Part shown: piece after piece, positions 25,761-36,362 of the stretch
Numbering within the stretch: the first letter of the stretch is position 1
How the letters are laid out: the number at the start of each line of letters is the position of its first letter
NCBI RefSeq assembly: GCF_018350175.1
Contig: NC_058368.1
Coordinates: 211,732,001-211,796,000 of the forward strand
Origin: Felis catus
Taxonomy: Eukaryota
Direction: 5' to 3'
Length of the DNA stretch: 64,000 bases
Position numbers and translations under genes: made by a program
The notes under the pieces: generated by a model
The model's database searches: none
Seen by the model: the letters and a program-made list of their open reading frames with translations, nothing else
Told to the model about the DNA's origin: nothing

Positions 25761-27362
25761 CGACAGTATCTCTTGAGCAAACTTTGCTGGGATGGGCCTT
25801 ACTCAGTAAAGTGGGCGTATGGCATTGTGGGAAGGGAAGAGAACCAGATGGGTGGCATAGTGACTTCACTATCTACCAATTTCCCAGCAGATCCCTTGAT
25901 CCAGCTCATCTTCCTTCCCGTCAACCAGGAAGTGGGAGTGATATACCCAAGTGACTTCCTGCCCACAGGAATTGCTGATTTCCGGTGAAAAAGCATCTCT
26001 GAGATGAGCAGAGCTGTGGGAAAATAAGGGATTATGGAGCAGGTTCAACTCAGCACAAATTCGAGTGGAGCTTAACGGTGCTTGCTTTCTTCTCTAGGGC
26101 CTTCGTGACATTGCCCAAGCTTCTCTGGGTTGGAATTTGCTAGCCGAGTGAGAAATGGAGGAAAACAATCTCAAGTGAATGCTAATGGGTCTGGGGAGTG
26201 GGAGGGGGGAGGTTTTAACATTTTCTTATCCATTCCTCCTTTCATTTACTCATTTTTAAATTAGAGTTCCGGTCCTCTGGGTCACAAAAATTTGGGAAAA
26301 TGCCTCCCATATATGGACCTTACATGAAGATGCTGAAGGTCAGCTATGGGGTAACCTGACCAGGACAATGAGTTGCGGCACATTGTCTGAAATGTTTAGG
26401 CAGACTGTGGCCTCTCTCTTTGCGCTGGTCTTCACGTGACCCCTGCAAGGAAACATCTGCACAGGATACTCTGTTGGCGAAGGTCAGCTGCAGATCCGTA
26501 GCAGTGCAAGGCCCGAGGAATCTTGAGGTTAAAGGAAAGTTTTAAGAGCAAGTCTCTCTTAATACAGACAAGGCAATCTTTCCAGCGGGAGTACGGCTGA
26601 GATAGGAATTGGAGAAAGGTTTCACTCAACGAAAGAGAACTTGGTCAGGCCAGCTCTGTGTAGTTCATGAAGACATATCATGATGGTGTAGCAAAGAGTA
26701 CTGTGAACCCTCTGGGAATGGCACCGTGGGAGTGTTCTGAAAGAGGAATCTCTGACTCTTAGCAAGATGTTTTTCTCATGCCGCATCGCTATAAAATCAT
26801 TGCTACCTACAGTTCTGATTTGAGGAAACTTTCTAGAAGTGTTTCCCTCTTGGATCCATGTGGTATGTATGATCCCCCCCTCCTTTCTTCCTGGAATGAA
26901 ATCTCTTTCCTACTCAGAGCCTCCAGCCAGACAACAAAGATTGGGTCATTGTCTGAAGAAGTTGCCCATTAATACTGTTCGAAGGATAACGGGGCTCGGG
27001 GGAGGCTCTTTAGTCTTGTTTGTATCCATTAGTCCCTTAGCACAAGGATCTTACAGAAGCTGTAGGCCTTGGACCACAGTGCTGAGATGAGGGAAAGGTA
27101 GTCCCATAAGGAGGAAGGGTAGCATATGGATGGATGAAGGACAGAGAAGCACCCTGGCTGGGAGTTCTGAGCAGCCTGAGAATAGCATGCTTGGGAAGGC
27201 AGGCTCTGAATGATGGCGTGGCTGTCACAGGTGTTGGGTAAATATGAGGGCACAGTGCAAACACCCTGACAAATGCCTCAAAACCACGAGAAACTTAATA
27301 TTCAGCTCTCTGTTAAAAAAAGGAGCGTTCAATGAAACGCTGCCTCGTTTCCTTTAAAAAAA

Positions 27363-27379
27363 ACCAACAGAGGGCGCTG
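27363..27379 (+). promoter_or_regulatory. Candidate CTCF site
   Basis: aCCAACAGAGGGCGCTg in non-repetitive DNA; motif only. Confidence 0.6.
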
Positions 27380-28386
27380 TCGCCCAACAAAGCTACATTC
27401 GAGTCCTAATAAACCATTTTCCAACTGGGTAAGTTGCCCCTTCCCACTCAGGTCTATGAAAAAATCATCTTTTTGAGTAATTCCAGACTGAATTTTGTTT
27501 TCAGCTTTCCGCTCGGCTGTGGTGGGGATGTTTGTTTACAACAGGGTTGCCGCTGAACATATGCTGTATGAACTGGGTGATTCAATACCCTGATTGAGCC
27601 CAAAGAAACACCGGATGGTTTTGGCAGCATTATTTTGTGGCGCAGAGAATGCGCACGTTCAACTTCGTGAAGGGAATTTGGATGGTGGGGGAAGTAGAAC
27701 AGTGAGGGCTGTGCATCCTAAGGAAACAAAAGAGGTTGACAGGCGCACATTCACACCCACCGCTCGCATGTGGACGCACACACATGGGATTTTCAATTGG
27801 TCACAATCGGCAAGAACTCAGTTCACCACTGCTTCCTCAGGGACTGGCATCTGTGCCTGCCACATAGTGGTGCCTGTAAATATCTTTGAATCACAACTGA
27901 TAGATTTAATAACAAAACTTGTTGGGAAGTTTAGTCCACTAGCTGTTTAGTTTATGCAGCACTAAATAATGTTTAACTGTTATTACTGATTTTTAACTCC
28001 GTTAACTGAATTGGCTCTTTGTTTGGAAATCACATAAATGCAGGGATAGGGTCCATAAATACAATGACCAAACGCTGCCCTTTCCCGCTCAGCTTTCCCC
28101 AAAGCATCCCATTCTCAGTACTTGACTTTCTTCTTTAAGAGTACCCTTGGAGACTGGTTACTGGGAGCCTCTCCCAGACTGAGAGGAAGCCAGTGTTTCC
28201 CCCTGGGTTCCTGAGGAGGGCGGGGTGGGGAGTCCTGCTTCTTGGGGGGGGAGGGGGCTCAACCTGCTCCTCTGATTAGTCCCTTCCTCCCAGCCTCTCA
28301 CCCCCAGGGCAGGCCCTGAGGATAGGGCACAGTGATTTTTTTCTCCCTTCTCTGCCTGAAGCATCTTGGAAGCCACAGAGGCTTTA

Positions 28387-28590
28387 GGGTGTCTGTGTGG
28401 CTCAGTCCATTAAGCTTCTGACTTGGGCTCAGGTCATGATTTCACAGTTTGTGAGTTTGAGCCCCATGTTGGGCTGCTTCAGAGTCTGTGTCTTCCACTC
28501 TCTCTGCCCTTTTCCTTCTTGTGCCCTCTTTCTCTCTGTCTCTCTCTCTGTCTCTGTCTCTCAAAAATAAATAAACATTCATTAAGAAAA
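28387..28590 (+). mobile_element. CAN-SINE (diverged, internally deleted)
   Basis: Head, 'ggctcaggtcatgat', CT tract and aataaataaacatt tail. Confidence 0.9.
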
Positions 28591-30494
28591 AGAAGTCACG
28601 AGACTTTTATTTCAAGATATTTACAATGTGTCTGTTAGAAATGGAGAGCAATGCCAACATGGGGTTGTAAATTCAATGCCACGATTCAGATACTTACCTT
28701 TTACGAATTAAATGCTTAAAACATGAAAAGTACAATGCAGCGTAATTGTGCCGCAGCATCACAATTAAACTATTCATAAATGACTATTAACTCCATGCGG
28801 AGCAGGCAGGTTTCAGAAGAAGTTGCAGAAGAGGTCTCTCACCTGAACCCTGTGAGTTTCGCAGAGGAACACACACTCTCAATCCGCGATGTCGTCAGAG
28901 GGCTAAGTCCTCCGCTCTTTGTCCTTCACCTGAGCGGGAAGGCCGTTTGGAAAATGGACTTGTCCGAAAGGCGTTCTGGGGACTCTGTGGAGTGTGGACT
29001 GCAGTGGGAAGAGGGAGAGGTGGGGGGTTTATCTGTAGATAGAAAATGGCAACCCTCTGGACTGAGACCCTGAAGGTCTGAAATCAAGCCACAGAAATGG
29101 TGATAAGGATATGAAGGGGACTAACAGAGGTATTTCGAAAGGGAGAATCTCCTTGCTTTTGTTTTGCATATGTGAAATACCGGAAACAAATAGAATTAAT
29201 AGAGGAATTTTTATTTACTCATTTGTTTTTAATGAACAAAAAGAATGACTCTATAGCTTCCGGAAGCTTCTGGAAGATGGTGACTAGAACAGGGTACTGC
29301 TTTCTTCTTCTCAGGAGAAGAGAGCTTTTTACTTGGGCAGCAGCTTGCCAATGACTATTCCTCCAGGAATGTCCATTTGTATAATTTTTCCCCTGATACA
29401 TGTGTTTCCTCAAAATATCCAGGCAGGAGCCAGTGGAGGCAACGTGTCCCAGAGTAGCCAATGTGGCCAACAAATGTCGTTCCCTTTCTTGCGTCTTTTC
29501 AGACCACACTCTGGATGGTGGGAAAACTTGGAGGTGTCACGGCTGCAATGCTTTCTGTCATTCTTGTGTTGCACAGGAACGGGGGATTTGTCTGAGAAAG
29601 GGAGAGTGGACCTCAGTTCTCAAAGTTTAAAGGTCATGTGGCAGCGAGGTGGAGTCCTAGGAGGGAGTTAGGGCCCCTCAAAGCATGCAAGGGCCCTCCT
29701 CTCTGACAGAGCTTTGTTCACGGCCAGGGGAAGAGCCAGGCTACTGAAATCCCACCTCAGATGCTTCAACCCAAGAGCAGTGTCACCAACCGCCAAAGTA
29801 ATAATAGTGCGGCAGGCTAATTGATGGAGATTTTGATTTTTTTCGGTATGTGTTGCTTTGTTACCGTGTTTGCTTTGTAAAAGATAAGAAAGTAAGGGGA
29901 GTTTTTCCCCTTTTGCATCCTAAGAGGGTAGTCAAGCCTTCATCTTTGGAGTCAGGGATCCCCAGGGGATCCTTCACCATCTCTGTGTAACAGAGCTGAA
30001 GACAGACTTCTGGACATCAGAGAGCAGCTACCAGTCAGGCTTCAGTTTGAGGGGTCAGCCCCGAAGGGGGAGGGGAGAGAAGCGAGGCACCCAGGGGAGA
30101 GAAGACAGGCCTCCCAGTGACTGCAAAGGGCACTTGGCTTTTGGGGGGTTTCTAGAAACAGTGGAGGCCCGTGCTCTGTTAGCACACGGGTTGCTAAGAC
30201 AAGTGTGGGATTCCTGCAGGGGATGGAGAATGGAAGCAGGAGAAGGAAGCTAAGAGGGGCCACCTTGGACACTGAGGCTAAGGACCCCTACTTTGCTTAG
30301 TTCAGAGGAAACGAAGCCACCAACTGTCCTGACCTCAAACGGGTCACACTTTAGTGGCAATCAGGAAGGATTCATGTCTAGAGCTCCCGTTTTCCAAAGG
30401 TAGGCTCTTTGGATTCTTGTATGATCCTAGGAAGGGAATGAGATCCCCAAAATAAGACCAGGGTTGCATTTCCCATCACCTTTAAACAAGTAAG

Positions 30495-31063
30495 TGTAGG
30501 GGAGGGAGGAATTTCTTTCTCCCCGCCACCCCCCCCCCCTCCCGCCCCCGGCACTGTTCTTCTAGCTGGTTTAGGAATTACCTTGATCTGAGACAGATTA
30601 ACAGGAAGAAAAAACAAAGACAACAAAGTTTTATGTGCACACAGAACCCCAATAATGAAGTTGAGACCCCAAGAAATGACCAAGGCAGGCAGTTGTATAC
30701 ATTTTAGACAAAAAGACTACACATTTGTGAGGAATTGACGAGATAAAGAACACAAGAGTTCAGAAGCTTTAATTTGTCAGAAATTCTAAGCAAGAATTTA
30801 GGCTGAGGTAATAGATAAGAAAACAAATAACAAGATTTGTTTCTATAACTTTCTCATCGTTAAAATTTCTATTTCTGGTGATAAGGATGTCTTTTTACTT
30901 CTTAGCACAGGGAGGGTATTTTTCAAAGGAAAGATTTGTTTCCTGTTTTCTGAGTGCCAGAGGACGTCTGAGTGCCCTCCTCTGGCTGCTTCCTAAGTAG
31001 CCTCAATTACAAACAATGTGCCATTGTGGTACATTTTCGGGCAGCCTGCCCTGTACCCTTACA
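30495..31063 (-). mobile_element. ERV-A 3' LTR (MER34-like)
   Basis: Minus strand TGTAAGGG...CCCCTACA; preceded by purine tract 'gagcagggga(c)' directly after env; MER34-type start 'caggctgcccgaaaatgtaccacaatggcac'. Confidence 0.85.
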
Positions 31064-31308
31064 GTCCCCTGCTCCGAAACTTCCCTGGAAGTTCTGTATC
31101 CTAAAAGCTGAGCTGGTGATTGGCAAGAGAAATTGAGTTAGTAAATGAGTGAAAGGAAATCTTCATTAGAATGAAGATGGATAAATAGAAAAGAACAAGT
31201 CAGAGCACATTTCCCCCACATTCCTCTAAACCAGCCCTCAGCCCTGGAAATAGATCAGTCTCTTATAATGTCCAGGCTTTGTCTATCTGATGAAAAATAC
31301 TAATTCTT

Positions 31309-31692
31309 GGGTCGCCTGGGTGGCTCGCTCAGACGGTCGAGCTTCTGACTCTTGATTTTGGTTCAGGTCGTGGGATGCAACCCCGCGTCGGCCTCTGCTG
31401 GTTGTGGAGACTGCTTGGGATTCTCTCTCTCTCAGGGTGATTGAGGGTTCGACTTTGGGTCAGATCATGATCTCATGGCTCGGGAGTTTGAGCCCTGCTT
31501 CGGGTTCTCTGTGGACAGTGCAGAGCCTGATTTGGATTCTCTGTCTCCATCTTTCTCTCTCTGTCCCTCCCCCTCTTGCATGCTCTGTCTCTCTCTCTCT
31601 CTCTCTTAAAAATAAATAAACATTTAAAAATTAAAAAAAAAAAAAGATTGTCTTTTCCTGTCCCTCTCTCTCTCTCTGTAAAATAAAATTTA
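31309..31692 (+). mobile_element. CAN-SINE with a second CAN-SINE (~31432-31645) inserted in its CT tract, inside env TM
   Basis: Outer TSD aaaaatacta(a/g)ttctt at 31293 and 31693; two bodies and two tails. Confidence 0.9.
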
Positions 31693-31927
31693 AAAAATAC
31701 TAGTTCTTTCTTTTAACAGATTTAAGTTAGATATTATTTGTCCCAATTGGTCTACATAGAAGCACCGTTTTTAACCAGCGATTGATTGCCCAAGCTCCTC
31801 CTTGCTGGGTGGTCAGTGTACCTAGGGCACAATGATGTTAACTTCTGACTCAAGTATTCTGAAAGTGTGCATTGTAGTATTAAAATCTCATTCTATTACC
31901 ATAGAGAGATTTAGGCTTTCCATTTCT

Positions 31928-32131
31928 TTTTTTTTTTTTTTAAGTTTTCATTTATTTATTTTGAGAGAGAGAGAAAGCATTCATGGGGGAGGGGCAGAGA
32001 GAAAGGAGAGAGAATCCCAAGCAGGCTCTGCACTGTCATTGCAGAGCTTGACTAGGGGCTTGGATTCACAAATCATGAGATCATGACCTGAGCCAAAGTC
32101 GATGCTCCACTGACTGAGCCACTCAGGCACC
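31928..32131 (-). mobile_element. CAN-SINE inside env TM
   Basis: Antisense head 'gagccactcaggcacc' and T tail; interrupts env after ELEMQIL. Confidence 0.94.
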
Positions 32132-33375
32132 TCTAAGATTTGCATTTCTAATTCATAATCTCCAAAACTTGGCAATAAGACCCTCAATGCTGAATAGAAC
32201 TTGGAATTGTGATATATGAATGGGTTTTCTATGATTTCTTGATGGGTGTGTTTATGTGGCACAATTTTATGAACAAAGGAACCCAGGTTTATAATTTGGC
32301 TGGCATTTAGGGTGGAATGCTTACTGACAGAAGGACCTAGGTGTCTGAGTCCACGTGGTCCTGACCATTTGGGTGGGAACCCTTTATATATTTTGTTGCC
32401 ACAGTGAATAGAAGACCAGTGTGGTTTATAGATAAGGTTAGGTTGAACGTATGGTTTTCAAAGTGTGGAGCATTACATGACCTTTGCCATTAATACTCAT
32501 CCATACATCTCCATATTTCCTGTGGTTCCATCAGTCGATGAGAGCAGAACAGATTATAAAATAGTTTCTTTAGAAGGCCTGTTGATTGGCTCTGGCATCT
32601 ATAAAGCTTAGCTTTATCACTTTGCCAAGTAAATCCAGATTTTTGGTCTACCCAAAGAGTCTGTGGAATTGGGTAATCCAATTGCACAAGGGGGTTGTGT
32701 AAGGCTGATATGGAAAACTTTGGGTGATTTGGCAAACTTCTCTTTTAAACCTCTTTGCCAAGTTTGAAGATGCCATTTTAATGCCAGCATTAAACCACCG
32801 GGTATGTTGCAGTATATTCTTGGTGTATCTCCCAGGAGAAGTCCATCGGGCATATCTGTTTTCAATGCAAAGGGAAAAATTTTCAGCTATTATTTCTATG
32901 CGGACAAGGGATAGTCCTTGAGCTTCTGTAGAAATTTTCCAGGGTCCAAGTACCTCACCAGGGAAAAAGGAATAGTGACTTTCTTCTGGTCATGGATACC
33001 ACACCTTGTCATCCAACCATCTCCCGTGCTCAGTGTACTAGGAACAAAGACCACTCAGGTTCTTCTACATTATCTAGATGACACAGCCAACAGTCAGACA
33101 GTTAACATGGCCAGAGTTTGGTAAACTGGCATAAGGAGGTGTTTGATCTGTGCCTCACCTTTGAAAAAGAGGGGGCTAGTAAGAATACAGATGGGAAGTA
33201 TGATAGATAGAAACAAATATTCTTTGGTCAGCCTTCTATTCAATGACTTAAAAATGTGAAAAAGTATTAAAAAGAAAGTTGAGTGTTTTTGTTTTTGTCT
33301 TAATATCAGGGAGTCTCAAAAAAAAAAAAGTAGTTGAAAGAGAAGTTCTTGATCTGTGATCTTGGGAGAAGTTGT

Positions 33376-34868
33376 CTATGTCATGGTCCCATCTGCTTTT
33401 GGGGCCTGGGACTTGGCCCTCGAACTCTTCATCTTCAGGTCACCTGTAGGGCTCATCCCCCAGTTGTCTTGAGAACAATTATCTGGGTCTATTTTGGGGT
33501 GATTTGCATGAATCCAGGACGGCCTGTCTTTTACTTTGATGGCAGTGTAGTGGTCAAAGTACCTCATAGGGTCCTAACCAGAGTGGTGATAGCATGTGTT
33601 TTCTTCTAAAACCCTGGATGTACACTTGTTCTCCTGATAGAAATGGGTGGTAAGCCCCATCAGTTGGTGAAGGCCATGCCTCTTTTACCTGTTGATGATG
33701 TACTCTAAGTGCACTAGTTAGTTCTTGTACGTTATTAGTTATAGCATCAGATTATTCCCCTAATCCCTGAATGAAAGATTTAGAGATACCAGTAAGGATT
33801 TGACGACCAACCACTATTTCAAAAGGGGTCAATCTATGTCTCCTATTTGGAGTGTGTTGGGTCTTAATAAGGGCCGAGGGCAATGCTTGTGGCCGTTTAA
33901 GTACAGTTTCTTGACAAATCTTTTGTCTCTAGATTTTTACATTCCACTTGTCCTGATGACAGAGGACGATATGGGGTATGAAATTTTATTGAGTACTCCA
34001 TGGGTTTTGCAAGCAGATGGTTTATCTCTGATGTATAGTGAGTTCCTTGGTCTAACTCAATCCATACAGAAATGCCAAAAATGAGGGGTAATCTCAGTTA
34101 TTAATTTCTTCACCACTGTTGCTGTGTCAGCACATCTGGTCAGATAGCATTCCATCCACGCACTTAACATGCAGACAATAACTAAACAGTGAGAATTGCT
34201 CAAGGCTGGGGGCAAATCTATAAAATCCATTTGGAGTGCCACAAAGCATGATGTGGGCCTGTGAGCACTTCCTGGTGTATGTTGATTTCTTACAGAAATT
34301 TGGTGGACTGAACACTGAGAGATAATTTGGTTAGAAATTTTATTTCCTTAATTATCCTCTGTTTGCACATTTGTCCCATATGGTGGGAGATAAGTGCGAG
34401 CCAAGAGGTTGAAAGAAAAGGAGCTACTAGTCCCTAGACCCTTTGGTCCAGTGTATAATCCATCCGATAATTGGTTGGCCCCTCTTATATCCAAGTGTCC
34501 TTTTCAGACTGTGAGGCATTTGCCTGATAATTAATCATATCAGTCAGAGAGGAAAGTAGAGTTAAACACTGGATGGAGAAGGGATAAAGGGGTCTGTTTG
34601 GGGCTGCATACTTAGCAGCTTCGGCAGCCCTAGCGCTTCCTAAAGATACAACATCAGGTTCTGTAGTGTGGGCTGAACAGCAAAGTGATTTCAGAAGGCA
34701 GGCAAGTGTCCTGCAGTAGGTCAGCAATTAATTATATGCTCATTAGCAATAGGAGTGCCCATAAGAAGTTAAGGGTTCATAGGATTTCCAAACTGTGCCA
34801 ACAGCATGGCAGAATCCAAAAGCATATTTGGAGTCTGTGTAAATGGTAGCAGTTTTATATTCTACAAA
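33376..34868 (-). pseudogene. pol: ERV-A pol 3' part: RNase H C-half (~34600-34868) and integrase (~33376-34480)
   Basis: TIYTDSKYAFGFCHAVGTVWK; ALQMDFIDLPP..CLVIVCMLSAWMEC..ADTATVVKKLITEI; TAIKVKDRPSWIHANH. Confidence 0.92.
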
Positions 34869-34869
34869 T

Positions 34870-35806
34870 GCACCTTCTCTCCAGAGATGCAGAGCAAGGA
34901 ATCTACCCTATAATAGACTCTTTCCTGAGATAGGGCAGCCTTGTCTTGACTACCTCACCCTGCAACACTTCAATCTTGCCAGCAAAGAAAGAAGGGAAAC
35001 TTGACTCAGAGGGAGACCAAATTTGTACAGGACCTAAGGGCCATTAAACTGTTTTATAATTCCTTGGCTCCTTGTGGTCCCAAACCCAGCTGATATTTTT
35101 ACATCACTCCTGCTGATGTGGCCAGGTTTGCAGTAACTGACCTCTGCTCAGCTTTCTTTTCAAGCGCATGCACCCTGACTCCCAGTTTCTTTTTGCATTC
35201 ACATTTAAAGGGAGAGAACCTGGACTCACACACCCCAAGGATATTATGAGTCTCCTTTAATATTTTCCCAAGTCCTTAAAGCCAATCTAGATTTATAATC
35301 TTTACCCAAGTATCCATGCTGGTGCAACACGTTAATCACCTTTTACTCTGTAATCAGACTAAGCATGGAACCCTCCTAGACTCCTGCATTCTCTTGGTGA
35401 ACAAGGCCATGAAGCTTCCAGATCTAAACTTCAATGGTTGCAAACAACTGTTATTTGCTTAGGTAAGAATGAATGAATGATCTCAGGGCCTTCAAAAGCC
35501 AAGGCCAAAATGCTTTGTGTCACTTTTCCCTCTCCTACAACAAAGAAACAGTTATGTAAGTTTTTAGGGCAGCTGGCCACTACCACCAATGGATTCCTAA
35601 TTTTGCAGTTTGCTAAATGCTCTTATCTTAGATGTCATCTTAGAGCCTATTTCCTGGACTTCAGAGGCATTAACCTCCTCTGACACCTAAAATTATCTCT
35701 GTCCAAACCCCTGGCTCTTGGCTAACTTAATTGAATTAAGTAAGTAATTAAGTAAGTTAATTACTTACCCTCTCATTAATAATGCCATAAAAGAGATGCA
35801 CTGGGG
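34870..35806 (+). pseudogene. pol: Reverse-transcriptase domain of ERV-A, inverted relative to the provirus
   Basis: Plus strand reads DAEQGIYPIIDSFL..SPCNTSILPAKK, FVQDLRAI, VPNPADI, TDLCSAFF, HPDSQFLFAFTF, PQGYYESP, LVQHVNHLLL (decayed YVDD), PTTKKQLCKFLG, QWIPNFA. Confidence 0.92.
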
Positions 35807-36362
35807 TTGTGAGGAGTGACTGGTAACATACTATGGAGTCAGGGGAAGTAAAGGCAAAAAGGAAGTTTCCAAAAGGACTTTCATATGCTAAAGAGGACTC
35901 GAAGATCCCAGAAGCCCTGCTGTGGTCAAGCTAAGGTTGTTTTCTCCCTCTAGCAAAGCATTAACATTAAGACAGTAGGGAGTTCCTTGAGAAATGGCAT
36001 ACTCTGTATTTGCTTCAAATATTTGTCAATGGGCTGCAGGTTATAAAGAAATTTGATTTTATCTACCATTTCCTTCTTGCCTTTGTTTCATCACTATGGA
36101 AGGGAGAGTGACGTTGGGGCTCCAGGAAACTGAGTCTGTAGGTTTCTGGAAATTAGGCTCTTGATAAGATTACCTTTTTCTTGTAATTTACTAAGAGTAT
36201 GTAAACTGATGGAGACTCCTGTATGACTGTGATCTCTATCAGTTAGCCATTGGTTTTTCCCTTCCTTTTGTTCTTGGGCAGCCAGGAGTGCCTGAGGAAA
36301 GTCACATATATCCCAAGGCAGGGAGGAAGGAGAGGTTTCTGGGGTTGTCTTATGCTTCCTCA
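35797..36362 (-). mobile_element. 3'-truncated ERV1 LTR (U3 only) inserted at the end of protease; related to the ERV-B LTR
   Basis: Starts TGAGGAAGC right after protease ...INCNEK; shares 'agatcacagtca', 'acctacagactcagtttcctggagccc' and 'cagtcactcctcaca' with 39063-39774. Confidence 0.8.

Larger units (their letters stand above)
31100..33215 (-). pseudogene. ERV-A env pseudogene, HEMO/ERVMER34-1-like (SU+TM; frameshifts, stops and SINE insertions)
   Basis: Translated pieces KHLLMPVYQTLAML, DCWLCHLDNVEEPE, IGLPNS..WVDQKSGFTW..LYRCQSQSTGLLKKLFYNLFCSHRL, SFVHKIVPHKHTHQEIIENP..ALRVLLPSFGDYELE and ALGTLTTQQGGA..CFYVD are collinear with recalled human HEMO. Confidence 0.85.

Noticed and set aside
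31100..33215. Functional HEMO gene or syncytin
   Set aside because: Multiple frameshifts, stops and SINE insertions, and no CpG-island promoter in the window; gene symbol withheld because orthology is untested.
34883..35800. agagatgca near both ends of the inverted RT block as a TSD of an independent insertion
   Set aside because: Both copies fall within RT-coding sequence (SRDAE and KRDAL), the block sits where RT belongs, and it has no LTR or poly-A of its own.
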